The position numbers and the translations under genes were made by a program. DNA of 64,000 bases from Diplonema japonicum (taxonomy: Eukaryota; Protista; Euglenozoa: Diplonemea): contig OZ025739.1 of the NCBI GenBank assembly GCA_964019335.1, positions 310,001 through 374,000 on the forward strand. The letters are read 5' to 3'. A model generated the notes under the pieces. That model was not told the origin of the DNA and did not search any database. It saw only the letters and a list, made by a program, of their open reading frames with translations. Below, piece after piece: positions 61,353-64,000 of this stretch; within the stretch, counting starts at the first letter, position 1, and each line of letters opens with the position of its first letter.

Positions 61353-63249
61353 ATGGGTGACACAGAAAAAGTGTCTCGGGCAGAGTCCCCGCCTCCTGGC
61401 ATGGACAGCCTGACTAGGTTGTTTCAGAGCGAGCATTTCAACGTGAGGATGTGTGTGACGTACCTCTTCACCCACCGGAAGGAACAAGGGGTGCTTGGGT
61501 ACCTAGTGAATAAGCTGTACAGCTATCCCATTGAGGATGTGCAGATGTACACACCACAGCTTATCTGCCTCCTGTGCCTCCCTAGTTCCTTTCCCACTGT
61601 CTTGGAGCAGTACGTTCTCGCTGCATGCGCAAAGAGCATGCACTTTGCCCTCCATGCTATCTGGTACCTCGAGAGCGACACATCAGACAAGACCGACAGG
61701 TCTGTCCGTATCGCACTGCGGGAAAAGGTATGATACACAAAGAAGAAACAATACACAAAACAGATGGAGATCGCAGCCATCAACAGATCCTTCCGCAACA
61801 AGCGGAAGGACAGCACCCCCACATCTGTCGAACAGGAGGTCATGGCCAAGGACCGTCTGTGCGAGTACTACAACAAGGAGATTGTGTTTGTAGCAAAAAT
61901 AACCGACATGTCCCTTATGCTCCGCAAGCTGCCCCGCCCGGAACGAGAGGACCGCCTAAAGCGGGAGCTCGAAACGCTGAGCATGTCGTTGGCAAGGATG
62001 TCGATCAACATACCAATCGACAAGCCTGGCACACCGTTCAGACGCCTTATTAGGGTGCCGACCATCTCTTCCTACTGCAAGGTGCTTAACTCACGGGAGC
62101 GGGCGCCGTACCTTGTCATGTTTGAATTTATCGAAGGTGGCGAGTGCCACGACCCGTTGGAGCTGCAGCTCACACCGCAGTGCGACATCATTGACACGTC
62201 GCCCAGCAAAGCAGACTACGAGGGACGGGAAACCCTGCAAAACACCATTGTGCATGAAGGGTATTTTGACAGCGAGAGCCCGAAGGGTAGGATGGGGTCG
62301 CCGACACCGCCCGACGTGGAGGCGATGGCAGCCAAGTTGGACAGCGTCTTCGGGAGATCGTGGTACCGCACTGTGGAGGCTGCGAGGAATGAATCACCAT
62401 ACAGCAAACTGCCCGGGTGGGGCGTGATGCCAGTGATCGTGAAGGGTGGTGATGACATGCGGCAGGAAGTGCTTGCCATGCAGCTCATCAACGCGTTCGA
62501 CAGGATATGGCGGGATGCAGATCTCCCTGTGAAGCTGCACCCCTACGGCGTGATAGTGACGTCTGGTGACTCGGGTGTCATCGAGCTCGTCACAGACGCC
62601 GTCTCCATAGACGCTGTGAAGAAGGCAATGCCGTATGACGATCAGAGGTCCCTTGCCGACTACTGGACCTACGTGTACGGGGACCCTTCGTCGGTGCAGT
62701 ACAAGACGGCGCAGAGGAACTTCATCGAGTCCATGGCTGCCTACAGTGTCCTGTCGTACATCTTGCAGTTGAAAGACAGACACAACGCCAACATCCTCCT
62801 CAGGCGGGACGGGTGCATCGTGCATATTGACTTCGGGTTTATGTTGTCCAATAGCCCTGGGGGTGTGAATTTCGAGTCCATGCCCTTCAAGCTGAGCCAG
62901 GAGTACGTGGACGTGATGGGTGGTATCAACAGTGATATGTTCAACTACTACCGGGTGCTGGTGTATTCGGCATTCAAGGAAGCTACGAAGCATGCGGACC
63001 AGGTCATATCGCTTGTGGATATGATGCTGCTTGGGCCTTCATTGCCCTGCTTTGGTGCAGACTCCAAGGCGTGTTTGGAAGCGCTGAAGAGCCGGTTCCA
63101 GCCTGACGGAGACCTGACGGTGTGGGTGAGGGATGCGATCGATCAGTCTGTGGATAACTGGTATGCTGACTCTGCTTCTCCACACACATTATTACAGGCG
63201 GGCAAGAGGGTACGACAAGTTCCAAAAGTGGTCCAACGGTATCTTGTAG
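61353..63249 (+). CDS. PI4KB: Phosphatidylinositol 4-kinase type III beta; introns 61728-61763, 63161-63197
   Basis: Motifs LTRLFQSEHF, VLNSRERAPYL, IVKGGDDMRQEVLAMQLI, QLKDRHNANIL, HIDFGF and FESMPFKL. Splicing restores the conserved C-terminus WRARGYDKFQKWSNGIL*. Confidence 0.95.
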
Positions 63250-63773
63250 CAGCTGTGCCCTTTTGCGTTTAAATTCTATAAGGTTTTCTGTCCGTTGCCC
63301 TAACCCCCCCTGTCCACCCTATTCCCCCCTTTTTTTCATTCCGCGATCCTAACCCCCCCCCCCCCCCCCCCCCCTCTTCTTTCCGTTATTATTTGTATTT
63401 TCTTTCCCTTCGTTGTGCTTCTCTCATTCCTTTGTGCCCAGTCACCCCCCCTCGGTGTCTGCGGGAGGTGAGTGACAGGGGCATCTACGTAGCTTGCGAA
63501 AAAAAGGGCTTCATCTTTGACAAGCAAGGATCATGTTGGGTAGCTTTAAAAAAGATTTTAAAAAAACTCATTTTCTTCTAAGAAGAACGAGAGGGCAAGG
63601 GGGGGGGGGGGGGGGGGTGGAGTGTCCCGAATGCAATCTTATACCCCATATGGGGGCTCAACAAATATTTTACCTTCACCTTTTCTTCTGTTTCTTTTTT
63701 TCCCTTCCTCTTTGTGTCCTGTTCCTTACTTTGTTTGCGTGCATCCCTCCACCACTCATACTAGGTTCCCAGA

Positions 63774-64000
63774 ATGTTGAAATCGTTGCGAACGTGTGCT
63801 CTGCGTGAGCCCCGGAGGTACGCATCTGTGCACAAGCTGCTGTCCGCCGCAAACAAGTATCACACGGAGCTGCAACAGGGAAAGCAAGTGTTGGAAGAGA
63901 TCGCACAGGAAGCGATGACAATATTAAAATTTGAAACACCGATGGAACTCCACCAAGCCTATCCTAACCGCAACCTCGACAGGGTCGTGAACCAAAATGA
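63774..64000 (+). CDS. 5' part of a gene truncated by the window edge; possible mitochondrial presequence
   Basis: Open frame MLKSLRTCALREPRRYASVHKLL... runs to the window end. It is preceded by a pyrimidine tract and AG, and has an Arg-rich N-terminus with an RRY/AS-type cleavage pattern. Confidence 0.55.
   Translation, partial: MLKSLRTCALREPRRYASVHKLLSAANKYHTELQQGKQVLEEIAQEAMTILKFETPMELHQAYPNRNLDRVVNQN

Overview
This is eukaryotic nuclear DNA, most likely from an intron-bearing euglenozoan (diplonemid-like). The evidence is a clear BILBO1 homologue, a fused DHFR-TS, GT-AG micro-introns and strict gene co-orientation; the taxon is inferred, not proven. I find 23 complete or near-complete protein genes plus one partial gene, all on the + strand. 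They are: SMYD-like, a mucin/polycystin-like C2 membrane protein, two EF-hand proteins, DENND4-like, TM9SF, MORN-FYVE, BILBO1, a frameshifted arylsulfatase, TMEM184, enkurin-domain, DHFR-TS, cNMP-binding, DUF962, a GT60 GlcNAc-transferase, DUF229, RUVBL2, TMEM131, a NEK kinase, PI4K-beta and several unknowns. By hand I reconstructed 26 introns of 32-63 nt; they are strongly biased to gene 3' ends and several are filled with poly(A). Intergenic DNA is homopolymer-rich and studded with short recurring sequence islands. Two decayed, mutually homologous non-LTR retroelement 3' fragments are present. One recurring island is a near-exact copy of the tail of one fragment and another resembles the tail of the second, and these solo copies sit about 85-195 nt upstream of start codons. 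There is also a 158-bp TIR-bounded element carrying a tRNA-like Pol III cassette. The best candidates for new biology are the 3'-terminal poly(A) micro-intron architecture and the retroposon-tail motif family.
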